64,000 bases of DNA from Candidatus Jacksonbacteria bacterium RIFCSPLOWO2_02_FULL_44_20 (GCA_001818155.1 MHJU01000036.1:3615-67614); one strand, 5' to 3'. Positions 18,847 to 30,070 are shown, counted from the stretch's first letter. The notes: generated by a model not told the origin, from the sequence alone. A program made the numbers and translations.

Positions 18847-19371
18847 TTAAAAAGGTATTTCTTCAACCGACACCTCTTCCCCTGTTTCTTCAGTGATATC
18901 AATCGTCGGTAACTCTTCGTCAACTGGCCTAGAGGTCGGAGTAACTGGCGTTTGCGTTGCAGGTGGGATGGAAGATGTTAGAGCTGGAGAACCAAATTGA
19001 GAAGGAGTTTGCATTAAAGAAGGTGTTGGTCTCGCTCCTTGCGGCGCGCGGTCAAGCATGATGAGATTTTCCGCTACTATCTCGGTTCTATATCGCTTTG
19101 CGCCGCTTTGATCCTCCCAAGAACTCGTTTGCAATCGTCCCTCAATAAATACTTTCCCGCCTTTTTTAAGATACTGGTTCGCGATCTCCGCAAGCCTACT
19201 CCATGTGACAATTTTATGGAATTCAACTTTTTCCTGCTTTACGCCAGAGGCATCTGTATACACAAAATTTGTTGCAACGGCAAAATTTGCGACTGCAACT
19301 CCAGAAGGAATTGCGCGAAGTTCCGGATCTTGGGCAAGCCGCCCGATTAACATTACTTTGTTTAGGTCCAT
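18847..19371 (-). CDS. ssb: Single-stranded DNA-binding protein
   Basis: OB-fold [19 protein letters not shown] and an acidic C-terminal tail ending EEIPF. Confidence 0.85.
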   Translation of the reverse strand: MDLNKVMLIGRLAQDPELRAIPSGVAVANFAVATNFVYTDASGVKQEKVEFHKIVTWSRLAEIANQYLKKGGKVFIEGRLQTSSWEDQSGAKRYRTEIVAENLIMLDRAPQGARPTPSLMQTPSQFGSPALTSSIPPATQTPVTPTSRPVDEELPTIDITEETGEEVSVEEIPF

Positions 19372-19376
19372 ATGTT

Positions 19377-20030
19377 TTACAATTCTATATCTCCTTCAAG
19401 GAGTTTATCTAATTTTTGATCAAGTTCCGCAAGCGATCGTTTTTTCTTAGCTATTTCTACGACAGGTTGTTCTTTATGAGCCACTGCTTCAGCCTCCGGT
19501 TCCCGCTCTTTTTTCGGAGCCTCTACCTCTAGAGGTTCTAAAACTATTTCTGGTTTAATTTCAATCGGTTTTTCAATAGCGCTTTGCGTTTCTAAAAACG
19601 GCTGTTGAGTTATTTGCGTAGCCTGTTCCGGAAAACGAGTTTGTTCATATCTGCGCTCTTTTGGCCGTGAAACCGCGGAGCGTCGTTTCTCTTTAAGCGC
19701 CTCTTGATACGCGAAGAAGTTATCCATTGTTTCTTCAATTTTTTCATGCCGGATAATACAATGCCGCGCGATAGAGGTGAATAAACGCAATGATTGCCGG
19801 ATGCGAAAAATTGCATCCGAGGATACCTTAAAATAACAGAGAACGTATTTCCCAGTATCAGATTGTTTGATTGAATAAGCTAAACGGCGTTCGCTCCAAA
19901 GTTCGTGACGCAGAATATTCGCGTCTTCTTTTTTTAGTAGCTCTGCAACGTTTGCGATGACGAGTGCGACTTCGTCTCTAGAGGCAATGGCCGGGATTAT
20001 ATATAGGAGTTCATAACCAAATGATTGCAT
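19377..20030 (-). CDS. rpsF: 30S ribosomal protein S6 with a long charged C-terminal extension.
   Basis: S6-like N-terminus [51 protein letters not shown]...KYVLCYFKV; conserved rpsF-ssb-rpsR order. Confidence 0.75.
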   Translation of the reverse strand: MQSFGYELLYIIPAIASRDEVALVIANVAELLKKEDANILRHELWSERRLAYSIKQSDTGKYVLCYFKVSSDAIFRIRQSLRLFTSIARHCIIRHEKIEETMDNFFAYQEALKEKRRSAVSRPKERRYEQTRFPEQATQITQQPFLETQSAIEKPIEIKPEIVLEPLEVEAPKKEREPEAEAVAHKEQPVVEIAKKKRSLAELDQKLDKLLEGDIEL

Positions 20031-20190
20031 TGATTTTAAACTGTCTGTAAACCATGCACTAACTTTACTTAAAAAGTAAGTGCGGGGTTACAGCTCATTT
20101 TTAGAAATGAGCGTCCCGACGTTGTCGGAACACGGATGTAAGGTTTGAATTGGGAGGACTTTACCATAGCGAAAATTTTTTTGCAAGAAT

Positions 20191-20265
20191 TGGTACCGCC
20201 ACGGGGAATTGAACCCCGGTTACTAGGATGAAAACCTAGTGTCCTGACCACTAGACGATGGCGGC
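20191..20265 (-). tRNA. tRNA-Glu(TTC)
   Basis: Reverse complement gccgccatcgtctagtggtcaggacactaggttttcatcctagtaaccggggttcaattccccgtggcggtacca: anticodon loop ttttcat, D-arm GTCTAG..GGAC, a G1-U72 wobble. Confidence 0.8.
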
Positions 20266-20306
20266 AAAGCGCGCGTATCATAACAGAAAATACGCCGTAA
20301 ATCAAA

Positions 20307-20720
20307 TTGACTCTGGAAGGCATGTATGCTAGGATTTCTCTCATGAAATGGCAGACAAAAGATAATCTAGAAAACGCGCTTTTAGAACTTACCGGGCGAA
20401 AAGAATTGCCGAGAAAATTAGTACTGCATTTAACAAAACATCCAACAGTTAAACTCGCTTGGTCAAATAATAGACCAATTACTGAAGATGTTCTAAATTG
20501 TGTCGCTGAACAATTGGCGGGCAATGTCTACTGCCGATTCCCGCATAAAACCTCTGAAGACATCGCGCGTCATCTCAAGATGCGCATGCAATGGAAAGGG
20601 ATTGAAAAAAATCTAAACAAACCGCAAACACCGCGCATAGAAAAACCAAGTCGCGCTCTAAACGCTAAATCAAGATCTTCTCCAATAGGGCGCCGACCAA
20701 TCATTCCGTTAGCGATATAA
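20307..20720 (+). CDS. Hypothetical protein
   Basis: 137-aa ORF in intergenic space; no recognisable motifs. Confidence 0.3.
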   Translation: MTLEGMYARISLMKWQTKDNLENALLELTGRKELPRKLVLHLTKHPTVKLAWSNNRPITEDVLNCVAEQLAGNVYCRFPHKTSEDIARHLKMRMQWKGIEKNLNKPQTPRIEKPSRALNAKSRSSPIGRRPIIPLAI

Positions 20721-20732
20721 TTTTGTATTTTT

Positions 20733-21011
20733 ATGGATATAATAACTCAAGAACGAGAGAAACTATTACTCAATCTTAAACCTGTTAAATTGTCGATAGA
20801 TGATCAGCTCAAAGTATCGGAAGAAAATTTTGCGTGGGAAATGTTTGGCAAGGCGCAAAACGATCTCAAAAAATTTGCAACCAAGTTAGGACTTAAATAT
20901 CGTCTATTGATAGGCGATGAAGTCAAACAAGTGGTTGAACCGAAAGAATGGGAAAGAATAATGTTTATTATAATTATTGCTTTTCTGTTTTTTCTTGCAA
21001 TTCTTCGATAA
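20733..21011 (+). CDS. Hypothetical small protein with a C-terminal hydrophobic anchor.
   Basis: 92-aa ORF ending in IMFIIIIAFLFFLAIL. Confidence 0.3.
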   Translation: MDIITQEREKLLLNLKPVKLSIDDQLKVSEENFAWEMFGKAQNDLKKFATKLGLKYRLLIGDEVKQVVEPKEWERIMFIIIIAFLFFLAILR

Positions 21012-21034
21012 AGTTCTTTAATAGTCATATTTTT

Positions 21035-21661
21035 ATGTACCTCTACTTCCTCGGCGAGAGCGGATTTAAGATAAAAACCGAACGAGCGACAATTGTTATT
21101 GACCCACCGCATAAAAACACCGGGCTCTCGCAATCTGCACTTTCTGCTGATATTATTGTTGTTTCTCACGCGTCACAGACAGACGTCGGACGCGTTACTG
21201 AAAGCGAAAAAGACGCGCGGCCGTTTATAATTAATGCCCCGGGCGAATACGAAACGCGCGGGGTATTTTTGTACGCGTTCCAGGGGAAAAACGACACTGT
21301 GCTTTCGCTTATCAAAGCCGACAACCTCTCAATTGCCCACTTGGCTGGCATCTCTGAAATTCTTGACGATAAAACGCTGGAACTCTTTGAAGGCGCGGAA
21401 ATTGCGCTCGTGCCGGTCGGAGGAAACGGCGTTCTCTCTCCAAAGCTCGCTGATCAGGTGATAAGCCAAATTGAACCTCATATCGTCATACCAATGAACT
21501 TTGCTATTCCAAAACTCACGATCGCTCGTGAATCGGTTGATACGTTCCTTTCTGAAATGGGCGCAAAAGGGCTTCAAGCGGAATCGTCGCTATATATAAC
21601 TAAAGAAAAACTGCCGCATGAAGAGACGAAAGTAGTGTTATTGCAGGTGAAAGTTTTATGA
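21035..21661 (+). CDS. MBL-fold metallo-hydrolase
   Basis: MYLYFLGESGFKIKTE...IVIDPP.....DIIVVSHASQTD pattern of metallo-beta-lactamase-like proteins. I trimmed the start to 21035. Confidence 0.55.
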   Translation: MYLYFLGESGFKIKTERATIVIDPPHKNTGLSQSALSADIIVVSHASQTDVGRVTESEKDARPFIINAPGEYETRGVFLYAFQGKNDTVLSLIKADNLSIAHLAGISEILDDKTLELFEGAEIALVPVGGNGVLSPKLADQVISQIEPHIVIPMNFAIPKLTIARESVDTFLSEMGAKGLQAESSLYITKEKLPHEETKVVLLQVKVL

Positions 21662-21978
21662 TCAACAAACTTCAAAACCAGCCACTGTCTTTGAAACGCA
21701 AACTGATTATAGGCGCGGTGATTGTTGTTTCTATTGTGATTGTCATTCCGCTCTGGGTGCTTGGGCTTGAAAAAACGCTCGTCAAACCGCGCGCGCTGTC
21801 AAATAATTCAAAAACTAATGAAGAAGCGCTTGAAATGCTCCGTCAAAATGTTTCAGAGACGATTCAACAGTTCAATGAACTGAAGTCGCAAATTGATTCT
21901 TTGAAAAAAAGCGACGCGAACGGAAACGCGCCGTCAGAACAGCTTCCGTCCGGTCCGACGTTACCGGTTTCAAACTAA
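21658..21978 (+). CDS. Hypothetical single-pass membrane protein
   Basis: N-terminal TM segment [22 protein letters not shown]; start overlaps the previous stop. Confidence 0.35.
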   Translation: MINKLQNQPLSLKRKLIIGAVIVVSIVIVIPLWVLGLEKTLVKPRALSNNSKTNEEALEMLRQNVSETIQQFNELKSQIDSLKKSDANGNAPSEQLPSGPTLPVSN

Positions 21979-21982
21979 ACTC

Positions 21983-24445
21983 ATGGCTGATTCAGAAAAC
22001 AAACCAGCAGAAAAAATTCAACTCCAGCAAATTGTTGAAGAAATGAAGATATCGTACCTTGACTACGCAATGAGCGTCATTGTTTCGCGTGCTCTGCCTG
22101 ACGTGCGCGACGGATTAAAACCAGTGCACAGGCGCATTTTATATGCGATGTGGGACATTGGTTTGAAACCGGGCGCGAAATTCAGAAAATCAGCGACTGT
22201 TGTCGGAGAAGTTCTCGGTAAGTATCATCCGCACGGAGACTCGGCAGTATATGATTCTTTGGTGCGTCTTGCCCAAAACTTTTCAATGCGCTATCCGCTC
22301 GCGCACGGACAGGGAAATTTCGGATCTGTTGACGGAGATGCCGCGGCCGCCATGCGCTACACTGAAGTGAAGCTCGCGAAAATCACAGAAGAAATGCTAA
22401 CTGATATTGAAAAAAACACTGTTGACTTTCGCAACAACTACGACGGTGCGCACAAAGAACCGACTGTTCTCCCAAGCAAACTTCCAAATCTGCTTTTGAA
22501 CGGAACCTTAGGCATTGCCGTTGGCATGGCAACGAACATTCCGCCTCACAATGTTTGCGAGATATGCGACGCAATTCTCAATCTCATTAAAAATCCAGAA
22601 AGCACGGTTGAAGATCTGATGGAGTTTGTAAAGGGTCCTGATTTCCCTACCGGCGGCATCATTTTTGACGAACAGGCGATCAAACAGGCATACGCAACCG
22701 GACGCGGAAGTATCGTAATGCGCGCGAAATGCTCAATTGTTGAAGGGGACGGAGGATACAAAATCCTTGTTGACGAACTTCCATATCAGGTTAACAAAGC
22801 CGAACTTATAGAAAAAATCGCTGAACTCGTGAAAGAAGAGAAAATTAAAGGAATTAAGGGGTTGCGCGACGAGTCCGACAGAAACGGAATGCGCATCACA
22901 ATTGAACTAAAAAAAGACAGTTTCCCAAAAAAAGTTCTGAATCAGCTCTACAGTTTCACTCGGCTACAGGATTCGTTTCATGTAAATATGCTCGCGCTCA
23001 TTGATGGAATACAGCCGCGCGTGCTTTCTTTGAAAATGGTTCTGGAGGAATATATTAAACACAGGCAGATAGTGATCCGCCGCAGAACAGAATTTGATCT
23101 GCAAAACGCGCGTGATCGCGAACATATCCTTATAGGTCTTGTTCTCGCGCTTGAAGACATTGACGCGATAATTGAAACGATTAAAAAATCGCGCGACAAA
23201 AACGACGCGCGCGAAAATCTCATCAAGCGCTTCCGGCTTTCAGAGCGGCAAGCGGAAGCAATTCTTGAAATGCGCCTGCGCGCGCTTGCCGGGCTTGAAC
23301 GATTGCTTCTTGAAAAAGAACTTGAAGAAAAACGAAAACTTATTAAAGAACTTGAGGCAATCCTGAAAGATCAAAAAAGAATTCTCGGCATCATAAACGA
23401 CGAACTCGCGGAAATCAAAAAAACTTACGGAGACGAACGAAAAACGCAGGTGATGTCCGGACCTGTGAAATCTTTTTCGCAAGAGGATTTAATTCCAAAA
23501 GAAGCCGCAATAATCATGATTACGAAAGACGGCTATATTAAGCGGCTCGCGCCGCAGTCCTTCCGCGCGCAGGGAAGAGGCGGATCCGGAGTAACCGGCC
23601 TCACGAGAAAAGAGGAAGATATTGTTCTTCATCTTCTCTCCGCAGACACGCACGATGACATTCTTTTTTTCACAAATTCCGGCAAGGTGTTCCGGTTAAA
23701 GGCGTTTGAGGTGCCTGAAGCGTCGCGAACATCAAAAGGAAACGCTGTTGTAAACTTTCTGGAACTTGATCAAAGCGAATCTGTAACAGCGCTCCTTGCG
23801 CTTGATAAAAAATCACAGGAAAAATTTTTCATCATGGCAACTCAAAACGGAGTAATTAAAAAAGTGGAAGCGTCCGAATTCAAAAACGTCCGCCGCTCCG
23901 GGCTGATCGCGATAAATTTGCGCGAAGGGGATGTCTTGAAATGGGTGAAGCTCGCAAACGAAAAACAAGACATAATGCTTGGAACCTCGCGCGGGCTCGC
24001 CATACGATTTTCAGAAAAAGAACTTCGCCCGATCGGTAGGAACGCGCAAGGAGTAACTGGCATTCGGCTTTCAAAGGGAAACGCGGTTGTCGGCATGGAC
24101 ATTGTTGATAAAACGGAAAAAGACGCGTATCTCCTCTCAATTTCCGAAAACGGTTGCGGCAAAATGACGCGAGTGGACGAATATCGGTCGCAATCGCGCG
24201 GAGGCAAAGGCGTAAAGACAATGCAGATAACAAAAAAAACAGGAGAACTCACAACGTCATGGGTCGTGTATCCAAAAAATCTTCCTGAAGGCGCAAACGG
24301 CGATCTTATTTTAATTTCAAAATTAGGACAGGTGATACGAATCTCTCTGTCTTCTGTCCCGCATTTAGGCCGCGCGACACAGGGCGTGCGATTGATGCGA
24401 TTAAAACAGAAAGGCGATACTGTGGCGCAAGTGGCGCTAGTGTAA
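21983..24445 (+). CDS. gyrA: DNA gyrase subunit A
   Basis: [29 protein letters not shown], the active-site tyrosine region, and C-terminal beta-pinwheel repeats. Confidence 0.9.
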   Translation: MADSENKPAEKIQLQQIVEEMKISYLDYAMSVIVSRALPDVRDGLKPVHRRILYAMWDIGLKPGAKFRKSATVVGEVLGKYHPHGDSAVYDSLVRLAQNFSMRYPLAHGQGNFGSVDGDAAAAMRYTEVKLAKITEEMLTDIEKNTVDFRNNYDGAHKEPTVLPSKLPNLLLNGTLGIAVGMATNIPPHNVCEICDAILNLIKNPESTVEDLMEFVKGPDFPTGGIIFDEQAIKQAYATGRGSIVMRAKCSIVEGDGGYKILVDELPYQVNKAELIEKIAELVKEEKIKGIKGLRDESDRNGMRITIELKKDSFPKKVLNQLYSFTRLQDSFHVNMLALIDGIQPRVLSLKMVLEEYIKHRQIVIRRRTEFDLQNARDREHILIGLVLALEDIDAIIETIKKSRDKNDARENLIKRFRLSERQAEAILEMRLRALAGLERLLLEKELEEKRKLIKELEAILKDQKRILGIINDELAEIKKTYGDERKTQVMSGPVKSFSQEDLIPKEAAIIMITKDGYIKRLAPQSFRAQGRGGSGVTGLTRKEEDIVLHLLSADTHDDILFFTNSGKVFRLKAFEVPEASRTSKGNAVVNFLELDQSESVTALLALDKKSQEKFFIMATQNGVIKKVEASEFKNVRRSGLIAINLREGDVLKWVKLANEKQDIMLGTSRGLAIRFSEKELRPIGRNAQGVTGIRLSKGNAVVGMDIVDKTEKDAYLLSISENGCGKMTRVDEYRSQSRGGKGVKTMQITKKTGELTTSWVVYPKNLPEGANGDLILISKLGQVIRISLSSVPHLGRATQGVRLMRLKQKGDTVAQVALV

Positions 24446-24459
24446 ATTCAAAGTTCAAA

Positions 24460-25164
24460 ATGAAAAATTTAAAATTTCGGAAAAAATCTCTTGTCACCCA
24501 AGAAACTCTTGGCGAACTGCTCGTCAAAGTTCGCTCTGGTAAAAATTGGAGCATCAAAAAAGCGGCGACAGAAACGCGCATAGCTCTGCATTACCTTAAA
24601 GCTCTTGAAGAAGCCCGATACGATGACATCCCCGGAGAGGTTTACATCAAAAATTTTATCATTGCCTACAGCAAACGGCTCGGGCTTAATCAAGAGGAAT
24701 CGCTAAAGATGTACCTTAGAGAACGGCATATTATGCGCGGCAAAAATTTCCACCGCTCGCTAAATGAAATCGGCTCGCAGTCGTTTCTCCAATTGCTCTT
24801 AAATCCGGCGTTGCTTAAAACAGCGGCTATTTGCTTTGTAATTTCTGTTATGCTAAGTTACATAGCCGTCAATGTGTACAGCACAGTTGCTCCGCCGTCG
24901 CTTATAATTCTCCATCCGAAAGAAAATATGGAGACAAAAATGCTTTCGCTTACAGTCGCAGGAAAGAGCGATCCGGAGGCCGAGGTTATCATTAACAGCG
25001 AGCTCACAATCATGGATAAAGACGGAATGTTTGAAGAAACTGTGCGCCTTCGCGACGGATTAAACCTTATTGTCATCTTAGCAAAGCGTAAGCACGGAAT
25101 GGAGAAAAAAATTATACGTCATATCCTTGTTGAACAAAATAATTTAAGTTTAATGTATGACTAA
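24460..25164 (+). CDS. RodZ-like HTH-domain membrane protein
   Basis: N-terminal HTH ([35 protein letters not shown]), a TM segment, and a C-terminal beta-rich domain. Confidence 0.5.
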   Translation: MKNLKFRKKSLVTQETLGELLVKVRSGKNWSIKKAATETRIALHYLKALEEARYDDIPGEVYIKNFIIAYSKRLGLNQEESLKMYLRERHIMRGKNFHRSLNEIGSQSFLQLLLNPALLKTAAICFVISVMLSYIAVNVYSTVAPPSLIILHPKENMETKMLSLTVAGKSDPEAEVIINSELTIMDKDGMFEETVRLRDGLNLIVILAKRKHGMEKKIIRHILVEQNNLSLMYD

Positions 25165-26206
25165 AAAAGACGCGACAGCTACAAGCGAGAAAATGCGGGC
25201 TGTGGAGGAGGCAATCTCGCATATCAAAGAACAATTTGGCGAAGGATCTATTATGCGCCTGACAGAGGCAAAGATGATGCAAGTTGAGGCTGTTTCAACC
25301 GGATGTTTATCTCTTGACCTTGCGCTTGGAGTAGGTGGGCTTCCGCGCGGACGCATTATTGAGGTTTATGGGCCAGAATCGTCCGGCAAAACAACAGTCG
25401 CGCAACATGTAATTGCCGAATCCCAAAGATTAGGCGGCATAACAGCGTTTATTGACGCAGAGCACGCGCTGGATCCGGAATACGCGGAAAAAATCGGCAT
25501 CAACATCAACGATCTTATTATTTCACAACCTGACACAGGCGAGCAGGCGCTTGAAATCGTTGAAAATCTTGTGCGTTCAAACGCGATTGACGTGATTGTT
25601 ATTGACTCTGTTGCCGCGCTCACTCCTAAAGCCGAGATTGAAGGCGCGATGGGAGATACGCACATGGGGCTTCAGGCGCGGCTAATGAGCCAGGCGCTAC
25701 GAAAACTCGCCGGGATTGTGGGAAAATCTCGCACGATCGTTGTGTTTATAAACCAGACAAGACAAAAAATCGGCGTATACTTTGGAGATCCGACAACTAC
25801 GCCGGGAGGAACCGCGCTCAAATTTTATTCCTCTGTGCGAATTGAAATTCATCGCGCCGCGAAAATCAAGCAAGGGGAGGCGATTGTCGGAAATCGCGTG
25901 AAAGTTAAAATCGTGAAAAATAAAGTGGCGCCGCCGTTTAAGACATGCGAGTTTGACATTATGTATAATGAAGGCATTTCGCTTGCTGGCGACGTAATTG
26001 ACATTGGAGTTGAATGCGGCGTTATTTCCAAAAGCGGAACGTCGTACTCATATAAAGACTTAAAATTAGGTATTGGCCGGGAAAAAGCAAAACAAGCGCT
26101 CCGCGACGACAAAAAACTAATAAGCGAAATTAAAAAGAAAATTTGGGAGGAGATAAAAGGGCGACAACAAGAAGTTGCGCCAGAAGCGCCTGAAAGTACG
26201 GAATGA
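25157..26206 (+). CDS. recA: Recombinase A
   Basis: Walker [10 protein letters not shown]; [21 protein letters not shown]; L2 loop region. Confidence 0.9.
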   Translation: MTKKDATATSEKMRAVEEAISHIKEQFGEGSIMRLTEAKMMQVEAVSTGCLSLDLALGVGGLPRGRIIEVYGPESSGKTTVAQHVIAESQRLGGITAFIDAEHALDPEYAEKIGININDLIISQPDTGEQALEIVENLVRSNAIDVIVIDSVAALTPKAEIEGAMGDTHMGLQARLMSQALRKLAGIVGKSRTIVVFINQTRQKIGVYFGDPTTTPGGTALKFYSSVRIEIHRAAKIKQGEAIVGNRVKVKIVKNKVAPPFKTCEFDIMYNEGISLAGDVIDIGVECGVISKSGTSYSYKDLKLGIGREKAKQALRDDKKLISEIKKKIWEEIKGRQQEVAPEAPESTE

Positions 26207-26235
26207 CATTTATTATTTGACATAAACATTGCTTC

Positions 26236-27180
26236 ATGTTCAGAGCAACGCTTCAAAAAATTACGCAATCAAAAAATATCTTCCTCACCTCCCACAAAAA
26301 TTGCCCGGACGCGACTGGGAGCGTGTGCGCGCTTATAGATTTCTTAAATGCGCAAAGGAAAAACGTGTACCCATATCTTGCCTCGCCTATCCTAAAAAAC
26401 TTGCGGTACATTCCTGGAAGCGGCGCAATAAAAACAGAAATACCAGCGCTTTCAAATTTTGATCTCTTTCTTATCGTTGACGCTGGAGACTTAAAACAAA
26501 CAGGTATAAAAGAACAATTAGAAGAAGTGCGGCAACTCGGTTTTGATCAGTGCTTTATTAACATTGATCACCATAAGACTAACGACCATTTTGGAGACAT
26601 CAATATAGTTGATACGGAGGCTTCGTCCACTTGCGAAATGTTGTATGGCTTTTTTGAAGAAACTAGCGCGTTTATCGGCCCTTCGGCGGCGGAGTGCCTT
26701 TTAACCGGCATTATAGGAGACACAGGAAATTTCACAAATGCCGCGACAACAAAAAAATCTCTCAAAATCGCCGCAAGCTTGATTTCACAAGGAGCAAACA
26801 TCTTTCAGATTATTCAAAATATCGTAAGCGCAGAGGCGTCAATCAATACTTTACGGCTTTGGGGCGCAATTTTTGAACGTTTGACATACAATAAAAAATA
26901 TGATATTGCTGTTTCGTATGTTTTACAAAAAGATCTTATTGAATGCAAAGCGAGCGAAGAAGCGGTGGAAATCGTATCTAATCTTTTGAATTACATTAAT
27001 GGAATTAAGGCTGGAATTCTTATAAAAGAAACACGCGACGGCGCATACAAAGTGAGTATGCGTTCAACAAACGATTCGGTTGATCTGGCTATTCTCGCGC
27101 GCGCGGCAGGCGGAGGAGGACATAAAAAAGCCGCGGGGTTTACAGTGAATAATTTTAACCAAAAATCGTTTCAACTATAA
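26236..27180 (+). CDS. DHH-family phosphoesterase (NrnA-like bifunctional oligoribonuclease/pAp phosphatase).
   Basis: DHH motif (NIDHHKTN) and DHHA1 motif ([11 protein letters not shown]). Confidence 0.7.
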   Translation: MFRATLQKITQSKNIFLTSHKNCPDATGSVCALIDFLNAQRKNVYPYLASPILKNLRYIPGSGAIKTEIPALSNFDLFLIVDAGDLKQTGIKEQLEEVRQLGFDQCFINIDHHKTNDHFGDINIVDTEASSTCEMLYGFFEETSAFIGPSAAECLLTGIIGDTGNFTNAATTKKSLKIAASLISQGANIFQIIQNIVSAEASINTLRLWGAIFERLTYNKKYDIAVSYVLQKDLIECKASEEAVEIVSNLLNYINGIKAGILIKETRDGAYKVSMRSTNDSVDLAILARAAGGGGHKKAAGFTVNNFNQKSFQL

Positions 27181-27184
27181 AAAT

Positions 27185-27760
27185 ATGAACCTCATTCCAA
27201 CTGTCATAGAAAAAAGCGCTTATGGCGAACGTGCATATGATATTTACTCCCGATTGCTTGAAGAACGCATTGTTTTTCTTGGAACACCGATTACGGACAT
27301 GGTTGCAAATTCAGTAATCGCGCAACTGTTATTTTTGGATTCAAAAAGCAACGAAAAAGATATTAAACTCTACATCAACTCGCCCGGGGGATCGGTTTCT
27401 GCCGGGCTTGCCGTTTACGACACAATGCAGTATGTGAAGAGCGATATCATGACAATATGCGTGGGAATTGCGGCGTCCATGGGAGCAACTCTTCTTGCCT
27501 CTGGCGCAAAAGGTAAACGGCTCGCGCTTCCAAACGCAGAAATTTTAATCCACCAGGTAATGGGCGGCGCAGAGGGACAAGCCGAGGACATTAAAATCTC
27601 CGCCGAGCACATTCTGTCCATTCGCGACCGATTAAATAAAATTCTTGCTCATCACACCGGCCAGCCGATGAAAAAAATTTCCAAAGACACTGACCGCGAC
27701 TATTATATGAACGTGGAAGAAGCAAAAACGTACGGAATTATTGATAAAATAGTGAAATAA
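27185..27760 (+). CDS. clpP: ATP-dependent Clp protease proteolytic subunit
   Basis: [21 protein letters not shown], and active-site GIAASMGA. Confidence 0.9.
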   Translation: MNLIPTVIEKSAYGERAYDIYSRLLEERIVFLGTPITDMVANSVIAQLLFLDSKSNEKDIKLYINSPGGSVSAGLAVYDTMQYVKSDIMTICVGIAASMGATLLASGAKGKRLALPNAEILIHQVMGGAEGQAEDIKISAEHILSIRDRLNKILAHHTGQPMKKISKDTDRDYYMNVEEAKTYGIIDKIVK

Positions 27761-27761
27761 T

Positions 27762-27899
27762 ATGCCCAAACGCACATTCCAACCGTCAAACATACGACGC
27801 AAACGCACGCACGGTTTTCGCAAGCGCTCCAGTTCAAAAACTGGGAGACAGGTATTGAAACGAAGAAAATTAAAGGGGAGAAAAAGGTTGACTGTTTAA
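27762..27899 (+). CDS. rpmH: 50S ribosomal protein L34. It falls below the ORF-track length cutoff.
   Basis: Translation is [45 protein letters not shown], and rnpA follows immediately. Confidence 0.85.
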   Translation: MPKRTFQPSNIRRKRTHGFRKRSSSKTGRQVLKRRKLKGRKRLTV

Positions 27900-27916
27900 C
27901 GAACGAGCGTCCTCCA

Positions 27917-28267
27917 ATGCTCCCAAAACCTAATCGTCTGTCTGAAGAATATGATTTCCGCCGCGTCATTGCAAAAGGACGCGCTTTTTTTATTCGCGAA
28001 TGCGGAATTAAGATATTGCGAAACTATAAGAACCAACCAACACGCATCGGCATTGTTGTGCCAAAAAAAATTACAAAAACTATTGTTAAACGCAACAAAA
28101 TCAAACGCCAAGCCAGGCACATTTTCCTGAAATTTCTTCCCTTTCTTGCTCAAGGGTACGACATTGTGCTTTTAGTAAGGGAAAGTTTTATTGATTTAGA
28201 ATTTGAGGAAAAAGAGAAAAAAATTGGATACCTGCTTACAAAAACAAAAATTCTCGCGCGCCAATGA
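27917..28267 (+). CDS. rnpA: RNase P protein component
   Basis: LPKPNRLSEEYDFRRV, RIGIVVPKK, and NKIKRQARHIF (RNR motif region). Confidence 0.8.
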   Translation: MLPKPNRLSEEYDFRRVIAKGRAFFIRECGIKILRNYKNQPTRIGIVVPKKITKTIVKRNKIKRQARHIFLKFLPFLAQGYDIVLLVRESFIDLEFEEKEKKIGYLLTKTKILARQ

Positions 28268-28644
28268 TAAACTATAATAAAAAATTCGGCGCATACGGAG
28301 AAGAGCTCGCGAGTAAATTCCTCTTAAAGCGCGGCTACACTATTATTCAAAAAAATTTCTCTTCAAAATACGGAGAAGTTGATCTCATCGCTATCCACCC
28401 GGGCGAACCGGATACCATCTGTTGTATTGAAGTGAAAACGCGGACAACAGACGAGTTTGGCGCTCCGGAGGAAGCGATCACGCGGGATAAAATCAAAAAA
28501 CTGCATGACACCGCGTGCAGTTATTTTTTTCAAAATAGAATTGAAAAGAAAATTTTTCGGCTTGATGTTATCGCAATTACAATTAATACATACGCAAAAC
28601 GCGCGCGCATCAAACACTTAAAAGCCATCGGGGAGGAGTGGTAG
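28264..28644 (+). CDS. yraN: YraN-family (UPF0102) endonuclease-like protein
   Basis: AYGEELASKFLLKRGYTIIQKNF...GEVDLIA...IEVKTR. Confidence 0.7.
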   Translation: MINYNKKFGAYGEELASKFLLKRGYTIIQKNFSSKYGEVDLIAIHPGEPDTICCIEVKTRTTDEFGAPEEAITRDKIKKLHDTACSYFFQNRIEKKIFRLDVIAITINTYAKRARIKHLKAIGEEW

Positions 28645-28670
28645 AAAATCCGCGCTGTTCAAAAAATTTT

Positions 28671-28695
28671 GGGATGTTCCACTAAATTCTGTTGA
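28671..28695. repeat. Left terminal inverted repeat of the IS
   Basis: Exact 25-bp inverted match to 29732-29756. Confidence 0.8.
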
Positions 28696-29665
28696 TATTT
28701 CCGTTGCAAATCACGTATCTCTTTAAGCGAAGAAAAGCAGTGGCTCGAAGCAATACCGATTGTGGTGTGCGTGCCGTTCTTGTCGCCCGACGCACCATTC
28801 GACCGGTCGATTCAATGGCGCTCGTGGTCGTCGGCAAATGCAGGCTTGGATAACGCAGATATGTTTGAAAGTCCTGCTCGCGTTCCAGAAATTCCAGAAC
28901 TTGTTTGCGGATATATGGCGGACAGACAAGGCGGTTAATGAGCACTCGAAGAATTTTTCTAGCCTGCTTGAGAACGCGCTCATTTCGAGAACCCAGGATC
29001 ACTCTCGTTGCTTCCAGTATCTTGTCGCGAAGATTACTGCTTCGTATCCGGTATCGCCGCTTGCCTTTGCCGCGCACAAGAGTTGCGAGAAGGTGAAAAT
29101 GACATCGCTGGTGTTGCCAACGGTTCTGTTCCGAAAGAAGCTGTGAACCCCTGAATCCATCGGAAACAAAGGCAGAAACACGATTTTTCACGTTCAGTGG
29201 AATAGTGGCAACCGCCCTCACCCACCGCTCATAGCATTCCCGCCCCTCGAACAACACTGGATCGAAAAAATATGCTTTGTGGCCGCAAGCGGGCTTTACG
29301 GCCATGAGATACATAACCCATTCTCTGCGCTTGAATTTGAAGTACAGACCGTCGCCCAAGAGCGCATATGGCCCGCGGGGAAGGCGTTTGAGCGGATGTC
29401 CGGCGGCAATTGCCCGCATGGCTTTGACATAGCGTGAGGCAATGCCGCTTTTGGAAAGACGAATATACCTTTGTTCTTGGACAATCGTGTATTGTTCAAC
29501 AAGTATCCGCTGAAGCAGCGAGATGGCATGACGTTTGCGCTTTCGCCCCCGCCGTTTCTTCCGAACGCTCCATGTATGTTTGCAGACGTTGCACTGCCTG
29601 CGACGTTTGCCGAAACGATTTATGCTCCCTCGGCAACAAGGAGATTTCGCGTGTTGTGTGGCCAT
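28682..29665 (-). CDS. Transposase, probably a single-ORF IS1-family enzyme (fused InsA-like zinc finger and InsB-like catalytic domain).
   Basis: N-terminal zinc finger CCRGS...RRQCNVCKHTWSV (compare IS1 InsA C.HCRKTW). Later VSDGFRGSQ resembles TDGW..Y, and TSAIESTGRMVRRATRTARTPQSVLL..ATAFLRLKRYV resembles T..IER.N..LRQH.AR..RK..FSK. Its stop codon lies inside the left IR. Confidence 0.6.
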   Translation of the reverse strand: MATQHAKSPCCRGSINRFGKRRRQCNVCKHTWSVRKKRRGRKRKRHAISLLQRILVEQYTIVQEQRYIRLSKSGIASRYVKAMRAIAAGHPLKRLPRGPYALLGDGLYFKFKRREWVMYLMAVKPACGHKAYFFDPVLFEGRECYERWVRAVATIPLNVKNRVSAFVSDGFRGSQLLSEQNRWQHQRCHFHLLATLVRGKGKRRYRIRSSNLRDKILEATRVILGSRNERVLKQARKILRVLINRLVCPPYIRKQVLEFLEREQDFQTYLRYPSLHLPTTTSAIESTGRMVRRATRTARTPQSVLLRATAFLRLKRYVICNGNINRI

Positions 29666-29731
29666 ACACGCGAACTATGGCACGAAAATACCGATTTGAT
29701 TTGAAAAAGAGCCGCTTTTCTTTACTTGGCG

Positions 29732-29756
29732 TCAACAGAATTTAGTGGAACATCCC
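29732..29756. repeat. Right terminal inverted repeat of the IS
   Basis: Exact 25-bp inverted match to 28671-28695. Confidence 0.8.
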
Positions 29757-29896
29757 AAAAGTTTTCTTTCATACTTGGTGGCCGATAATTGATAATGCGC
29801 GAACCAATTTTGAGCGAAACGCCGCAGGTGTTTCGCAAAGTCCCAAACTGCTCGGGCGGGGCGGGAATTCCCTTCCCCTTCAACCCATTTCCTGTT

Positions 29897-29972
29897 TGGT
29901 GGACCCGAGCGGGATCGAACCGCTGACCTCCGCATTGCAAATGCGATGTTCTACCAACTGAACTACGGGCCC
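29897..29972 (-). tRNA. tRNA-Ala(TGC)
   Basis: Reverse complement gggcccgtagttcagttggtagaacatcgcatttgcaatgcggaggtcagcggttcgatcccgctcgggtccacca: the G3:U70 alanine identity pair and anticodon loop tttgcaa. Confidence 0.85.
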
Positions 29973-30070
29973 ATTTTGCTCTTTCTACAACCCGATTATA
30001 TATATCATAGGTATTTATATTTTGGTAGATGAACTTGTTATTCAATGGATTTCAACGCGATTTTTTGTGA

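Larger units (their letters stand above)
28667..29760 (-). mobile_element. Insertion sequence of about 1.09 kb, with perfect 25-bp terminal inverted repeats and a single transposase ORF; tentatively IS1-family-like.
   Basis: GGGATGTTCCACTAAATTCTGTTGA at 28671-28695 is the exact reverse complement of 29732-29756, and extends to about 29 bp with ttttggg/cccaaaa. The intervening ORF is transposase-like, and the block has noticeably higher GC than its flanks. Confidence 0.75.

Noticed and set aside
20069-20524. 151-aa minus-strand ORF
   Set aside because: It spans tRNA-Glu (20191..20265) and the rpsF leader, so it is spurious.
29722-30045. 107-aa minus-strand ORF
   Set aside because: It overlaps tRNA-Ala (29897..29972) and the right IR of the IS.
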